Below are positions 1-10,335 of a DNA stretch of 64,000 bases, piece after piece. The number at the start of each line of letters is the position of its first letter. Positions within the stretch are counted from its first letter, which is position 1. The stretch lies in assembly GCA_965205505.1 (NCBI GenBank), contig CBDBHB010000009.1:2784001-2848000 (forward strand), read 5' to 3'. The DNA comes from Acidobacteriota bacterium. GTDB taxonomy: Bacteria; Acidobacteriota; UBA890; WLXD01. A program made the translations under genes and the position numbers. A model generated the notes under the pieces. The model worked only from the letters and a program-made list of their open reading frames with translations, was not told the DNA's origin and did no database searches.

Positions 1-130
1 CAGCAGGGTTCACCCAAGATGCGGCGGAAACAGAGCCGGTTTGTCCACCTTTGGACAAACGCGAATAGCTGGGCTGCGAGGAGCACCGTTGCACACGGTG
101 CTGCTGCACGACGGGGTGTCAGCTTTCACT

Positions 131-481
131 CTAGCCGGTACGGCGGGCGATGATGAGTTTGCCGGGCCGGTCGAGCGCATCCATGTAGTTGTGATCCTCG
201 ATGTGGTCAACGGTCCATATGCCGTCGGTTTCAAGGCCGGTGATGTGGCTGGCGTAATCGTCGTCGTCGAAGGGTTCGGCATTCATGAAAATCACAACCG
301 ACCCGCCTGGTACCGGCATGCGGATCAGTTCCCTGATTGCCTCCGGCCCGAGGTGGCCAATGCCGAAGCTGCCGACGGAAATGACCGCATCATAGGCACC
401 ATCTTCGATGGCAGTTTCTTTTTCTACGTTTTGCCAGATCAGGTTGCGATAGACGTCGGTCTTTTCGGCTTCGGCGAGCAT
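131..481 (-). pseudogene. 5'-truncated class I SAM-dependent methyltransferase
   Basis: YDAVISVGSFGIGH and PGG motifs present. No GxGxG motif I; in-frame stop shortly upstream. Confidence 0.65.
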
Positions 482-547
482 GTTCCTTGATATTTCTCTT
501 GCTCATCTGAGTTGCATCCCGTTTGCGGCAGACTACCGGGGGCGGGG

Positions 548-635
548 ATTTCGTAGGAGCCTCATTCGCGGGCCGGATTCCATAGCGCAACCAGAGGGGC
601 TGGGTGAGCGCCTGAAGCCTATCGCCGGAGCGCGC
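548..635 (-). pseudogene. Ser/Thr kinase remnant: upstream region plus degenerate first codons
   Basis: GTGAGCGCCTGAAGCCTATCGC is shared with 13847-13868. ATG at 583 reads MESG..(fs)GSYEI, like MEPGTKLGPYEI at 13825. Confidence 0.7.
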
Positions 636-690
636 GAAAGTCGCCAGGTGGCTCGCGAGGTCATCGTCAACCAGCGAAGTTCTTGAGCGG

Positions 691-1080
691 CTAGGCGGCT
701 CCGGTCCAGAGCGAGTAGCCGAGCGCGGCGGAAACGACGATCATGATCGCGCCCGGGACCCGGAACAGGCGTGAGTTGTCCGGCCCAATGCGCACCATCG
801 AGCGCAGGCCCACCTCCGGGAGGACGAACGTGACGATGGCCTTCAGCACCATGCTCCAGCCGAGCAGGGTGACTGCCATCGGGTATCCCGACCAGACGTT
901 GTGGAACGCGACGATCAATGTCCCCGTCACCAGGCTCCGGAAGCCGTTGGCGAAGGCTCCCGGCCGCCCGAGACTGTGCAGGTAGGCGAAGAATTCGGCC
1001 CAGGCGTGATGTTGGAGTACATGAGAGAGACCCAGGACGAGGAAGTTGACTGCAACGAAAGCTCGGATGCCCTGCTCCAT
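691..1080 (-). CDS. small integral membrane protein (about 4 TM)
   Basis: 129 aa hydrophobic ORF with LVTLLGW-like segment. Confidence 0.75.
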   Translation of the reverse strand: MEQGIRAFVAVNFLVLGLSHVLQHHAWAEFFAYLHSLGRPGAFANGFRSLVTGTLIVAFHNVWSGYPMAVTLLGWSMVLKAIVTFVLPEVGLRSMVRIGPDNSRLFRVPGAIMIVVSAALGYSLWTGAA

Positions 1081-1189
1081 TTGTTTGCGGCTCCATCGTT
1101 TGGCTTGGCTGTCGTCGGCGAAGTCGCTGCCCGAGCCGGCCCAGTAGGGCCGTGCTCGTTAACGTCGAGCGCCAGAGGCTATCGTTCTT

Positions 1190-1412
1190 CACCTCGTGGC
1201 GGTACCCAGAGTCACAGCTCAACCAGCTTGGAGCCGTGCTCTGGCCGGTGACGGGGAACATCCCGCTAGCGTTGACCGTCTACTGTGACGTCGTAGTCGG
1301 ATTGGGCAGCGAGGCCAAGCTGAGGGACGTCGAGCCCGCCGAGGAATGCCCCTCGAACAGAAGCTCCGGAGTTCCGTGGCTGAACGCGGAACCTTCCGTG
1401 GGTACACTTGCC
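1190..1412 (-). pseudogene. remnant of the C-terminal TolB/PD40-like propeller of a kinase-propeller protein
   Basis: FSHGTPELLFEG and DYDVTVDGQR in adjacent frames, typical of the last blade of these proteins. Confidence 0.65.
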
Positions 1413-1512
1413 GGGTCCCGGCGAAAACATCCAGCTGCCGGAACGCCAAATCGCAGGCCAATACCGTGCAAGCAAAATGACTGATCCGAGAACCAAACAT
1501 GGGAGGCGACAA

Positions 1513-2421
1513 ATGACTTTGGGAAGGCACAATCGTATTCGCGAGCTCTTGTTTCTGGTTTTCTTGCTGCCAATGGCTAGCGGCGCAATTGCTCAGGAGC
1601 TGAAAGTCTACATATCTGCAGACATGGAAGGCATTGCCGGAGTTGTTGCTGGGAACCAACTTTCACCGGGAGGATTCGAGTACAGCCAGTTCCGCGAATT
1701 GATGACTGCGGAAGTCAACGCCGCCATTGAGGCCGCACGCGATGCCGGCGCTACCGAGATTCTGGTTAGCGATTCGCACGGAAACGGCCTGAATCTGTTG
1801 CTGAATGCGTTGCCGCAGGACATCGAACTCGTTCGTGCCTGGCCGAGGCCGCTCGGGATGATGGAGGGAATTGACGAGAGTTTCGGCGCCGCAATTCTTA
1901 TTGGTTACCATGCGAGCGCGGGCAACATCGACGGTATCGCCGCCCATACGGTATCCGGCGGCGACTTGTTATCCGTAAAACTCAACGGGATGGAAATGAC
2001 CGAAGGCGGCATGAACGCACTGATCGCCGGTCACTTCGGGGTTCCCGTGGTGATGATCAGTGGCGACGATGCCGCGGTACGCGAAGTGTCCGACATGTTG
2101 GGCCCTATTGAGGGAGCCGTCGTCAAGTGGCACTACAGTCACACTTCGGGGCGCACCCTGATGCCGGAGGCTGCACGAGCCCTGATCAAGGAAAAAGTCA
2201 AAGCCGGGCTGAGGCGTCGGCGGCAGCTTGAACCTTTCAGAATCGAAGACCCGCTTGCTCTCGATATGACGTATAAGAACGACAAGGCGGCGGAAATGAT
2301 TGCTTATCTCCCAAACGTGGAGCGTATCGATAACCACACCGTACGCTTTGTTGGGAGTATCGTTGAAATAAGCATGTTCATCGAAATGGCGTTGGGCTAT
2401 CCGCCGACAATGAATCGCTAG
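1513..2421 (+). CDS. dppA: M55 family D-aminopeptidase (DppA-like), signal peptide
   Basis: [20 protein letters not shown] motifs. GGAGG precedes ATG 1513. Confidence 0.9.
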   Translation: MTLGRHNRIRELLFLVFLLPMASGAIAQELKVYISADMEGIAGVVAGNQLSPGGFEYSQFRELMTAEVNAAIEAARDAGATEILVSDSHGNGLNLLLNALPQDIELVRAWPRPLGMMEGIDESFGAAILIGYHASAGNIDGIAAHTVSGGDLLSVKLNGMEMTEGGMNALIAGHFGVPVVMISGDDAAVREVSDMLGPIEGAVVKWHYSHTSGRTLMPEAARALIKEKVKAGLRRRRQLEPFRIEDPLALDMTYKNDKAAEMIAYLPNVERIDNHTVRFVGSIVEISMFIEMALGYPPTMNR

Positions 2422-2527
2422 CTAGTGTCCTGAGTTGCATATTGTGGCGAGCGCGACCGAGCCGGATCCCAGGAGGCGCGACGACAGCGATGCAATGAGC
2501 ATCGTCGAGGAGCGCCGACGCCGGAGG
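2422..2527. mobile_element. partial MITE (type B end) with hairpin core
   Basis: CTAGTGTCCTG..GTTGCATATTGTGGCG is the reverse complement of about 62365-62480 and resembles 31610-31712. Confidence 0.8.
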
Positions 2528-2678
2528 CGGCGGCTCGGGCCTCCTGCTCAAAGCGGGCGAGGCGCTCGGGATCAGAGGCGAACTCGGCGGGCAGTACTTT
2601 GATGGCCACCTTGCGGCCCAGGCGCGTGTCCTGCGCCAGGTACACCTCGCCCATACCGCCAGCACCGAGCTGCTCGGT
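2525..2678 (-). pseudogene. Ser/Thr kinase N-lobe remnant
   Basis: [51 protein letters not shown] (Gly loop, VAIK). No start codon; cut off by the MITE. Confidence 0.9.
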
Positions 2679-2702
2679 CGAGCTGCCGCCCCGCCGTAAC
2701 CG

Positions 2703-3032
2703 CTAGAGATCTTCCCAACAGAGAAAGATCTCGTCTTTGACCTTTGAATAAACTGCCATGTGAACCGATTCCCCCGGCTCCCTGCGGGGAAGAATATGCT
2801 CTACAGCCCGGTCACACTGGGCGCGGTCTCGAAACGACATGATGAAAAAGTACTCGTGATCGCGTTCCCTATCAGTGTCCATGATCGGGTGCCTCTGCCG
2901 ACGACCGATAGGACCAGTGCGGTACACAAGTTCGAGCTCCTCGAGATGAGTCGTAAGGTCGGCAAGTGACTGCCGAAACTCGTCGATAGAAACCTCTGGC
3001 TTGAGATTGAAGCAGGTCAGCATATGAAACAT
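2703..3032 (-). CDS. dimeric alpha/beta-barrel (Dabb/DUF6614-like) protein
   Basis: MFHMLTCFNLKP...EYFFIMSFRDRAQCDRA..H..VYSKV. GGAGG upstream. Confidence 0.7.
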   Translation of the reverse strand: MFHMLTCFNLKPEVSIDEFRQSLADLTTHLEELELVYRTGPIGRRQRHPIMDTDRERDHEYFFIMSFRDRAQCDRAVEHILPRREPGESVHMAVYSKVKDEIFLCWEDL

Positions 3033-3080
3033 CTGGCGCCTCCACTCCTCAGCTCTATGCGACATGGGCTGCGAACCGTC

Positions 3081-3167
3081 GAGGGCCGCCGCGGCCTCGC
3101 GCTCGAATCGAGCCACCCGCGTAGCGCCTGCAGACTATCGCTGGGGCAAGCGAGGGTCCACGGGAGA
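3081..3167 (-). pseudogene. kinase remnant: upstream region fused to an alphaC fragment
   Basis: RVARFEREAAAAL plus GCGCCTGCAGACTATCGCTGG..GAGGGTCCACGGGAGA, matching 13851-13894. Confidence 0.75.
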
Positions 3168-3313
3168 AGCCACGACTATCCGCTCCGACGGCACCGACGA
3201 CAAGCTCTTGCCAGCACCGATTCTATGAGTTACGAAGTGGCCCAAACACTTGGGGCAGGGTTACTGTCCGGTGAGCGCAAGACGGCGCTCGATCCAAAAG
3301 CGTTGCATGCCAC

Positions 3314-4828
3314 ATGACGACTAGAGAGCATTCGAGTAGGACGGCGTTGCTGTCCGCAACGTTGTTGCCGCTGGGCTTGGGGCTGTCCCTTGCACTCTTC
3401 TCCTGTACGCCGTCGGCCCAAGAAGGCTCCGAGAGTGTGCGAGCGGCCGAAGACGACCCGATGTCCGACGGCGCACAGAACGTGCGGCTTGTGGGCTACA
3501 ACGATCTGCAGGGCCGCGAATCACTGCAACTAGTGACCCGCTCGGACCGGCAGAACGGAAACTGGCTCTATGTCGGTCACCAACCGAATGGACGCGGTGG
3601 CGACGAAGAGGGGCTGTTGAATCCCATCACAGGGGAGTTGGAAATCAATGGGACGTCATTGATCGACATCTCGGACCCATCCAGCCCAACCACGATGTGG
3701 CACATTCCTGGTGTTTCGAAAGCGAATCACCGCTCGGTTTCGGTCGTCTATGACTACACGCACGACGGAGAAGGCAAGGACTATCTCGCCCGCAGCCTAG
3801 ACACAGGTGACGAGTTCAGGTTCCAGATCTTCGATATCACCACCAGAAGCTCGGACCCCGCGCAGATTACTCTCGTGGCCGAGATCACCGGTACGCCCCC
3901 GGACTCGTGCGGCCCTGGTTGCGGCGGCCCTTTCAAGTATCGAGCGCACAAGGGCTATTGGTCGCAGGACTCGGGCTACTACTACACATCATCCGGGGAG
4001 CCCGGCTTCCGCAACACTTCACTCCAGATTTGGGACCTCAGGGACCCGAGAAATCCGAAATTTGCAGGCCGGGCGTGGCTCCCGGGCATGAAGGAGACGG
4101 AAGACGAAGCGCTCTACGAGGGCCAGTACGTGCACCATCCGATCGTCGACGAAGCCAACAATAGGATGTACATCGGCTTCCGCGGCTCCGGTTGGATGGG
4201 CGCGTGGGACATCTCCGAGCGCTCGAACCCAAAGATGGTCTGGAGCTACGATACGTCGCCGCCAGGGCGGGGTCCTCACACCCTTACGCCCGTCGTCTAT
4301 GACGATCTCACCCAATACTTCAAAAGCGACGCGCTACCCCGCAACTTCCTGTTCGTTACCGACGAAGCAGGCACCGCCGACCTGACGCCCTGCGAGGATG
4401 GCGTCCGTGCGAAGTCCTACATGTTCGACGTCACCGTGGAAACCCATCCGATGCCGGTCTCGACGTTTCAGGTGCCGACCGGTAATTTCTGTGACAAGGG
4501 TGGGCGCTTTGGTCCCCACCAGCACGCTGAGCAGCGGAACGGCCGCATCAACCGCCACGAGGACAGAATCGCCTGGATAGCCTATTTCAACGCTGGCGTC
4601 CGTGTCGTCGATCTCTCGGATCCCTACCATTTGACGGAACGCGGTTACTACATTCCCGAAACGAACGAGAACTCCTACCCTATGTCCGCGGGGCAGGAAA
4701 CGGCGATTCAGATCAATGACGTCACGCTCGACCACCGCGGTCTTGCCTACGCGTCGGATCGCGTAGGAACGGGCATGTTCGTCTTCGAATACACCGGTCT
4801 TAAGCCAGGCTCGCAGCCGCAGAGCTAG
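3314..4828 (+). CDS. LVIVD-repeat beta-propeller lipoprotein
   Basis: Lipobox-like ALFSC; repeated IDISDP / WDLRDP / AYFNAGVRVVDLSDP. Confidence 0.85.
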   Translation: MTTREHSSRTALLSATLLPLGLGLSLALFSCTPSAQEGSESVRAAEDDPMSDGAQNVRLVGYNDLQGRESLQLVTRSDRQNGNWLYVGHQPNGRGGDEEGLLNPITGELEINGTSLIDISDPSSPTTMWHIPGVSKANHRSVSVVYDYTHDGEGKDYLARSLDTGDEFRFQIFDITTRSSDPAQITLVAEITGTPPDSCGPGCGGPFKYRAHKGYWSQDSGYYYTSSGEPGFRNTSLQIWDLRDPRNPKFAGRAWLPGMKETEDEALYEGQYVHHPIVDEANNRMYIGFRGSGWMGAWDISERSNPKMVWSYDTSPPGRGPHTLTPVVYDDLTQYFKSDALPRNFLFVTDEAGTADLTPCEDGVRAKSYMFDVTVETHPMPVSTFQVPTGNFCDKGGRFGPHQHAEQRNGRINRHEDRIAWIAYFNAGVRVVDLSDPYHLTERGYYIPETNENSYPMSAGQETAIQINDVTLDHRGLAYASDRVGTGMFVFEYTGLKPGSQPQS

Positions 4829-4956
4829 CCGTCGCCGAAGGCGACAGGTGGTTCTCCGCTCCACTTCGACGGTTTCTACGCTCGGCCGGACCCGGAGGAG
4901 CCGTGGATCCTTCCGGCACTCGGCGGCTTCTTTGGCTTCAGCGAGAGCGACCCCTC

Positions 4957-5733
4957 CTAGCAGCCGGCGATGATCCGGAAGTTATCGAATGCCACCCAAC
5001 GATCGGCACCCGCTGCGCCGTAGCTCGTTTCGACTCCGATCCGTAGACCGCTCGCGACCGGACGTTCGATCCTGCCGTATTCGATCCAGGGGTCTGTCTG
5101 CCCGCGCCGATAGAAACTGGTGACTATCTCCGCGTCGATGCGCATGCGCAACGAAACCGGGGCGTCCCGCTCATAGGAGACGTTGTAGTGATCGTCGTGG
5201 GACTGGCCGTCGATCTCGCTCACGACCTGCAGGATCACGGGCGGGTCGCGCCTACCGAGGAAAGACTCCTTGTTCACCCGTACGTAGTTGTCATTGTCGA
5301 GATACAACATGATACCGGCGTTCTCGTACAGGCTCTCGGGACGGTTCCGAAGATCCACGTCGATACACAGTCGATCCTCCGATGCCGGAACATCTCGAAC
5401 CAGCAAGTTCTTGACGCCGTCGTCGTCGAGGTGGATGCCGCCAGGCTGAGTAAGGATATGAAGTTGGCCGTTCTCCAGTCGCCATCCGCCGTCGGTATCA
5501 CCGACCCACCCCCATCCCGCTTGCATGGTTCCGTCAAAAGTCTCGAAGAATAGGATCCGCTCCTGCAGCGCAGCTGCCATCGACCCGGTTCCTGTGAGAA
5601 GGGAAACGACGGCAACGATAGCGGAGGCTGAACCCCAACGCGTACCCGGGCGGATATTTGGTAGAATCGGCGGGAGGTCTGCGATGCGGCTCGCGAGCAT
5701 TAGCTGGCTACTGATCCGCTGGCACGGTCTCAC
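4957..5733 (-). CDS. concanavalin-A-like beta-sandwich protein (DUF1349 / GH43 C-terminal-like), exported
   Basis: YENAGIMLYLDNDNYVRV, LRIG, FDNFRI motifs. Start uncertain. Confidence 0.7.
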   Translation of the reverse strand: MRPCQRISSQLMLASRIADLPPILPNIRPGTRWGSASAIVAVVSLLTGTGSMAAALQERILFFETFDGTMQAGWGWVGDTDGGWRLENGQLHILTQPGGIHLDDDGVKNLLVRDVPASEDRLCIDVDLRNRPESLYENAGIMLYLDNDNYVRVNKESFLGRRDPPVILQVVSEIDGQSHDDHYNVSYERDAPVSLRMRIDAEIVTSFYRRGQTDPWIEYGRIERPVASGLRIGVETSYGAAGADRWVAFDNFRIIAGC

Positions 5734-6350
5734 TGCCCTGCTTCTCGGAACCCCGCCCCGGGTGGTTGCTCCGGAAGCGGCTCCACGAACCGAAACTCGC
5801 CCTCGAACACGCTCCGGTCACCGTTTGGAGCCCAGCGGCCCCAGACCGCCCGCACCAGATCGTCTGTCAGGTTCACCATCCGGTGCATCGTATTCGGGGC
5901 GATGTAGACCACCTCGCCGGGCTCGGCGAGGAAGGTCTCATTGCCGAGGGTCCACTCGGCCTGCCCGTCGATGACGACGTAGAACTCCGGTACCGGGTGC
6001 ACGTGACCGGCGTAGATCGCCCGTGGCGCGAGCTCCCAGAGGCCTACCTGCAGATCGTCGTCGGGAATCGAGACGCCGCCAATGACCACATTTCAGCGCG
6101 TGGTGCTGCCCAGTGACGGCCCCGCAGATGCCGGCCCCTGCCCTGAGAACCAGACGTTCTCCCAGCCAACCTGTGCCGAGTTGATGTGCGCTGGCGGCGC
6201 CGAAGTCTCTGACGCCGGGTTCGCCAGGTAGCCATCCGCGGTTCGCAGTGCGAAATCCTCGGGGACGACTTGTCCGGTGCTCGGAACCGCCAAGAGTAGG
6301 GCCGTCACGGCGACGGCGACTGGCGGGACGGACACACGCATCAACCTCAT
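5730..6350 (-). pseudogene. exported cupin (DMSP-lyase-like fold) with in-frame TGA at 6093-6095
   Basis: ORFs 6093..6374 and 5730..6089 are in one frame. HxHxxxEFY and PNTMH cupin motifs; signal peptide; AAGGAG SD. Confidence 0.7.
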
Positions 6351-6642
6351 AGTGCTCTCCTTGAGCCGTGGCACCGGTGAACTTGTTAGTCTATGTGCGG
6401 CGGTTTGGCGGGCGCGGGAAGCGTATCGTCAGCGCCGGTGAGAACCAACGGCAGGAGGAGGGGGGACGATACGGGCCGGCAGCGAAGTAGAGGAAATAGC
6501 CCCAACGTGGGAATTTTGAACACCACGCGGAGTATGTGGCGCGGCTAGCGAGGGCCGGGTAGGGAGCTGGTAGCCCTGTGTTCTCGCGAATCCTGGCGGG
6601 GTACCCTCGGCGCGACCGCAATGGCTGAAGCGAGGAGGACGC

Positions 6643-7815
6643 ATGGATCCCCTGACCCGCCGGACGATGATGCAGTGGGGGCTCGCGGGCTTGCCGCTGG
6701 CTGCCGCGTCACCGCTGGAACCGATCGTGACCCCAGGGCAGAACGGCAGCGCGGACCTCGAGCGGCTGCGCAGCCTGGTAAGGCTCACCGGCGACGGACC
6801 GTCGATGACGCCTCCCGAGTACGTCGATCTGTTGCAGCGGGTTTCTCGCGAAGACGGGATCGAGACCGACAACTACTCTCGGGGCGGCGTCGTGGCCGCG
6901 CTCGAAGAGCGCATGGCGGTGCTGCTGGGCAAGGAGCGCGCAGTGTTCCTGGCCACCGGTACGCTGGCCAATCATCTCGCGGTGCGCCTTCTCGCCGGAG
7001 GCGACCAGCGCGTGGCAGTGCAGCGCGACAGCCACCTGTACAACGACTCGGGCGACTGCGCCACGGTGTTGAGCGGTCTGAACATGGTGCCGCTGGCCCA
7101 CGGGCGAGGTACATTCACCGTAGAAGAGCTCGAAGAGCTCCTCGAACGAACCGGCTCCGGGCGGGTAACGACCGGACTCGGAGTGATCTCGATCGAATCG
7201 CCGATCCGCCGACGCTTCGGCGAGACGTTCGACGACGGAGAGATGAAGCGCGTCTGCGCATGGGCGCGCGAGCGCGGCATTCGCACCCACCTGGATGGCG
7301 CGCGCCTGTTCATGGCTTCCCCCTACACCGGAGTCTCGCCGCGCCAGTATGCCGCCCGCTTCGACACCGTCTACGTGTCGATGTGGAAGTACCTCAACGC
7401 CATCTCCGGCGCCATCCTCGCGGGGCCCGCGGCGCTGCTCGACGATCTGTTCCACACGCGCCGCATGTTCGGCGGCGCCATGCCCGGCGCCTGGCCGTTG
7501 GCCGCGGCGGCGCTGCGCTCGCTCGACGGCTTCGAGGAGCGCTTCGCCGCGGGCGTAAGGGCCGGCGAGGAGCTGATCCGGGCGCTCGACGCCACCCCGG
7601 GTTTCGCGGTGCAGCGTGTCACCGGCGGCAGCAACCGCTTCTGGCTGTCGGTCGACGGCGACTCGGCGAGGTTGGTTGAGCGGGCGGCCGAAGCCGACGT
7701 GTTGCTGCCGTCACCGGGACGGGACGGCCGTCTGCTGCTGACCGTGAACGAGACGCTCGCACGCCGGCCGACCCGATATGTGGTCGAGGCGATCAGCGCG
7801 GCTGTGGCCGCCTGA
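6643..7815 (+). CDS. low-specificity threonine aldolase family PLP enzyme with Tat signal
   Basis: TGTLAN, HLDGARL, SMWKY; N-terminal TRRTMM; GGAGG SD. Confidence 0.88.
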   Translation: MDPLTRRTMMQWGLAGLPLAAASPLEPIVTPGQNGSADLERLRSLVRLTGDGPSMTPPEYVDLLQRVSREDGIETDNYSRGGVVAALEERMAVLLGKERAVFLATGTLANHLAVRLLAGGDQRVAVQRDSHLYNDSGDCATVLSGLNMVPLAHGRGTFTVEELEELLERTGSGRVTTGLGVISIESPIRRRFGETFDDGEMKRVCAWARERGIRTHLDGARLFMASPYTGVSPRQYAARFDTVYVSMWKYLNAISGAILAGPAALLDDLFHTRRMFGGAMPGAWPLAAAALRSLDGFEERFAAGVRAGEELIRALDATPGFAVQRVTGGSNRFWLSVDGDSARLVERAAEADVLLPSPGRDGRLLLTVNETLARRPTRYVVEAISAAVAA

Positions 7816-8100
7816 GCGATCGAGGTGGCGCTTCGGAGAGCTGGATGAGCGCCAGAACGTCCCGTCAGCGCAGACGAAGTCCAAGGAAGCCGAGTTGGTC
7901 CACCGGGCCAAGAAGAAGCCGAAGGTCGATGTCTGTCACATCCCTCTGGGCAATCCTGGCAACGTTCACGTCATCAGCATCAATGAGAATGCGGGCCTTC
8001 TAGGGACGCTTAAACAGATATATGACTGGTGCCCGTCTTGCATCATGGACGAGCGGAATCGAAGGGTCGTGAGGTGGCTCGCGAGGCGCGACTGAGCGCG

Positions 8101-8148
8101 CTACGGGTCCGTCGGCACGAGCCGCTTCAGCTCGTCGAACCAGTTGAG
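8101..8148 (-). pseudogene. kinase-propeller extreme C-terminus remnant
   Basis: LNWFDELKRLVPTDP*. 8108-8148 is identical over 41 bp to 12652-12692. Confidence 0.85.
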
Positions 8149-8306
8149 CGCGCAAGTGGATCTATGTGACCGGCCTTTGCATTGGCGGCGAGATTCATGA
8201 ACTATGCCCGGGCGGCAAGTGCAGTCGAATACTAGTGGGACAGCGGTCGTGCCCACCGGCTCACCCTAGGTGCCGGATGTGTCCCCTTTTCCTTGGAGGG
8301 CTCCAG

Positions 8307-9602
8307 ATGGTGCGTCGAATAGCTTTGGGCCTCGTCGCGATATGGCTCCATGCGACTCCAGTGTCCAGCCAGGTTGTCGCGATCAAGGCAGGACAGGTAG
8401 TGAATACCGAGTCCGGCACGACCGCGACAAACCAAATCATTATCGTCGAGTCTGGTGTCGTTAAGGCTGTTGGCCCGGGTCTTCCAATCCCTGACGGTGC
8501 GGAGCTTGTGGATCTCTCCACCTCGACCGTCCTCCCGGGACTATTCGATGCCCATACGCATCTTTGCATGAACGTTCGTCCTGGACGCGACGCGGGCAAT
8601 TACTACTTCACCACTCTGCAGGATTCCGATGCAGCGCGGGCACTCGATGGTGCAATAAACGGCCGGTCGATGCTCAATGCAGGCTTCACCACCGTTCGTG
8701 ACATCGGCAATGAGGGGGCGTACGCGTGCACGGAGTTGCGCCGTGCCATTGAAGCGGGGCGCATTGTTGGCCCCACCATGATCAATGCCGGCCGGATCAT
8801 CGCCCCGTTTGGAGGGCAGTTCAGCCTCCAGCCAGACAGGCCAAATCTCGGTGAGCCCGAGTATTTCTTCGCCGATACGCGGGACGAAATGGTCAAAGCC
8901 ATCCGCGAAAACGTCCATTACGGCGCGATGGTGATCAAGATCGTGGTCGATGATCAGGACTACATTTACTCGCCTGATGACATTAGGTTTATGAAAGAGG
9001 AGGCGGCTCGCGCCGGTCGGCGGTTGGCCGCGCATGCCTGGACAGCCAAGGGCGCTCACAATGCGGCTGAAGCAGGGGTTACCTCGATGGAGCACCTGTG
9101 GGCGATCGAGGATGCTGACCTCGAATTGGCAAAAACGAATGGTGTCACTGCTGTGTTCACCCCGTTCCCGGACGAGGAGTGGACCGCCTGCTGCCAGCAG
9201 CACTATCCGGGATTTGTATTGGAGAGGCCCACGGCTGAGGAAATGGCTGCAGTGCATGCCCAGCAGATCGACCGCATCAGCAGTGCCCTAAGGATCGGAA
9301 TTCCGATGGTCTTCGGCTCCGATGCCGTCACTGAGCTACCCGGGCATACGCGTGGGACTCTGGCCATGAGCCGCATCGACATGTTTACGGAGGCAGGGAT
9401 GACGCCCGTTCATCTACTCCGGTCAATGACGACAGGGGCCGCGGAACTATTGGGCGTGGCCGAAGTGCGCGGAACGATTGCTCCGGGAATGGCGGCAGAC
9501 CTCATCGCGACACCGCGCAATCCCCTTGATGACATCCAGGAACTGAAGCGCGTGTTCTTTGTTATGAAAGACGGCGTGATCGTTCGTCAGGGTCCATCTT
9601 GA
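8307..9602 (+). CDS. metal-dependent amidohydrolase (prolidase-like), signal peptide
   Basis: PGLFDAHTH, GFTTVRD, AAHA, FGSDA, GTIAPGMAADLI. Confidence 0.9.
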   Translation: MVRRIALGLVAIWLHATPVSSQVVAIKAGQVVNTESGTTATNQIIIVESGVVKAVGPGLPIPDGAELVDLSTSTVLPGLFDAHTHLCMNVRPGRDAGNYYFTTLQDSDAARALDGAINGRSMLNAGFTTVRDIGNEGAYACTELRRAIEAGRIVGPTMINAGRIIAPFGGQFSLQPDRPNLGEPEYFFADTRDEMVKAIRENVHYGAMVIKIVVDDQDYIYSPDDIRFMKEEAARAGRRLAAHAWTAKGAHNAAEAGVTSMEHLWAIEDADLELAKTNGVTAVFTPFPDEEWTACCQQHYPGFVLERPTAEEMAAVHAQQIDRISSALRIGIPMVFGSDAVTELPGHTRGTLAMSRIDMFTEAGMTPVHLLRSMTTGAAELLGVAEVRGTIAPGMAADLIATPRNPLDDIQELKRVFFVMKDGVIVRQGPS

Positions 9603-9617
9603 ACCACTAGGCTCACC

Positions 9618-9848
9618 CTATCGAATGAGGGTTACGGTCTTGGCGAGCTCGACGATGCGATCCCGCGAACCGGTCAACGCTCTGGCGGTCGCAGGCCAAT
9701 TCGCGCCGACGAGTTCGCCGTTTTGTTTCACGCGCTCGCCAGCGACCCAAACGTCCGTGACGTCCGCAACCCCGGTATTGAAAACGACAGCGGCGACCGC
9801 GTCGGATACGGGATGATGGCTGATGGAGTCCGCAGCGATGAGCATCAA
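9618..9848 (-). pseudogene. C-terminal fragment of a second amidohydrolase (deaminase-like)
   Basis: DVTDVWVAGERVKQNGEL terminal motif only. Confidence 0.6.
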
Positions 9849-10335
9849 ATCCTCGTGGTTCCGTAGGGAGGAGGGTCGACAGACGGGGCTAGACCTCCCG
9901 CGGCTCCACGCCAGCCAGCTCAGCCGCCTCTAGAAGCAACGCTAGCTGCTGCTCCGGTTTGGCTGTCGGTGTCAGGGCCCAGGTTGACCAGTGACAGGTC
10001 GGTGAGTGTACGGATGTTGCAACGGTGCACATGTACCAGCGAGTTCATTATCCCCCTTGCGCTCTAGATTGTCTTGGCAGAATGAGCCGCGCGTTGCTTC
10101 TGCAGACGTTACGATCAGAGGCAGGCAGGAGACCGGGAAGAAGCCCGTCGCAGCGGCCTATCGAGGGAGTCGCCCAGGACCAGGATCAGCGGCTAGCTTT
10201 GCGGGCGGGCATGAGAGAGGGCGTGTGGTTCTAGAGGCACCTTGCATCCCAGGCGTGGCAGTTCCTGACCGGCGCCGCCGGTGTGTTCCCAGCCTCGCGT
10301 GCCGAAACACCCCTGATCGAACTGATGCGCCGCGG

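Noticed and set aside
39-102. Two small perfect hairpins at the window start
   Set aside because: No U-tract, no other copies seen, and the context is truncated.
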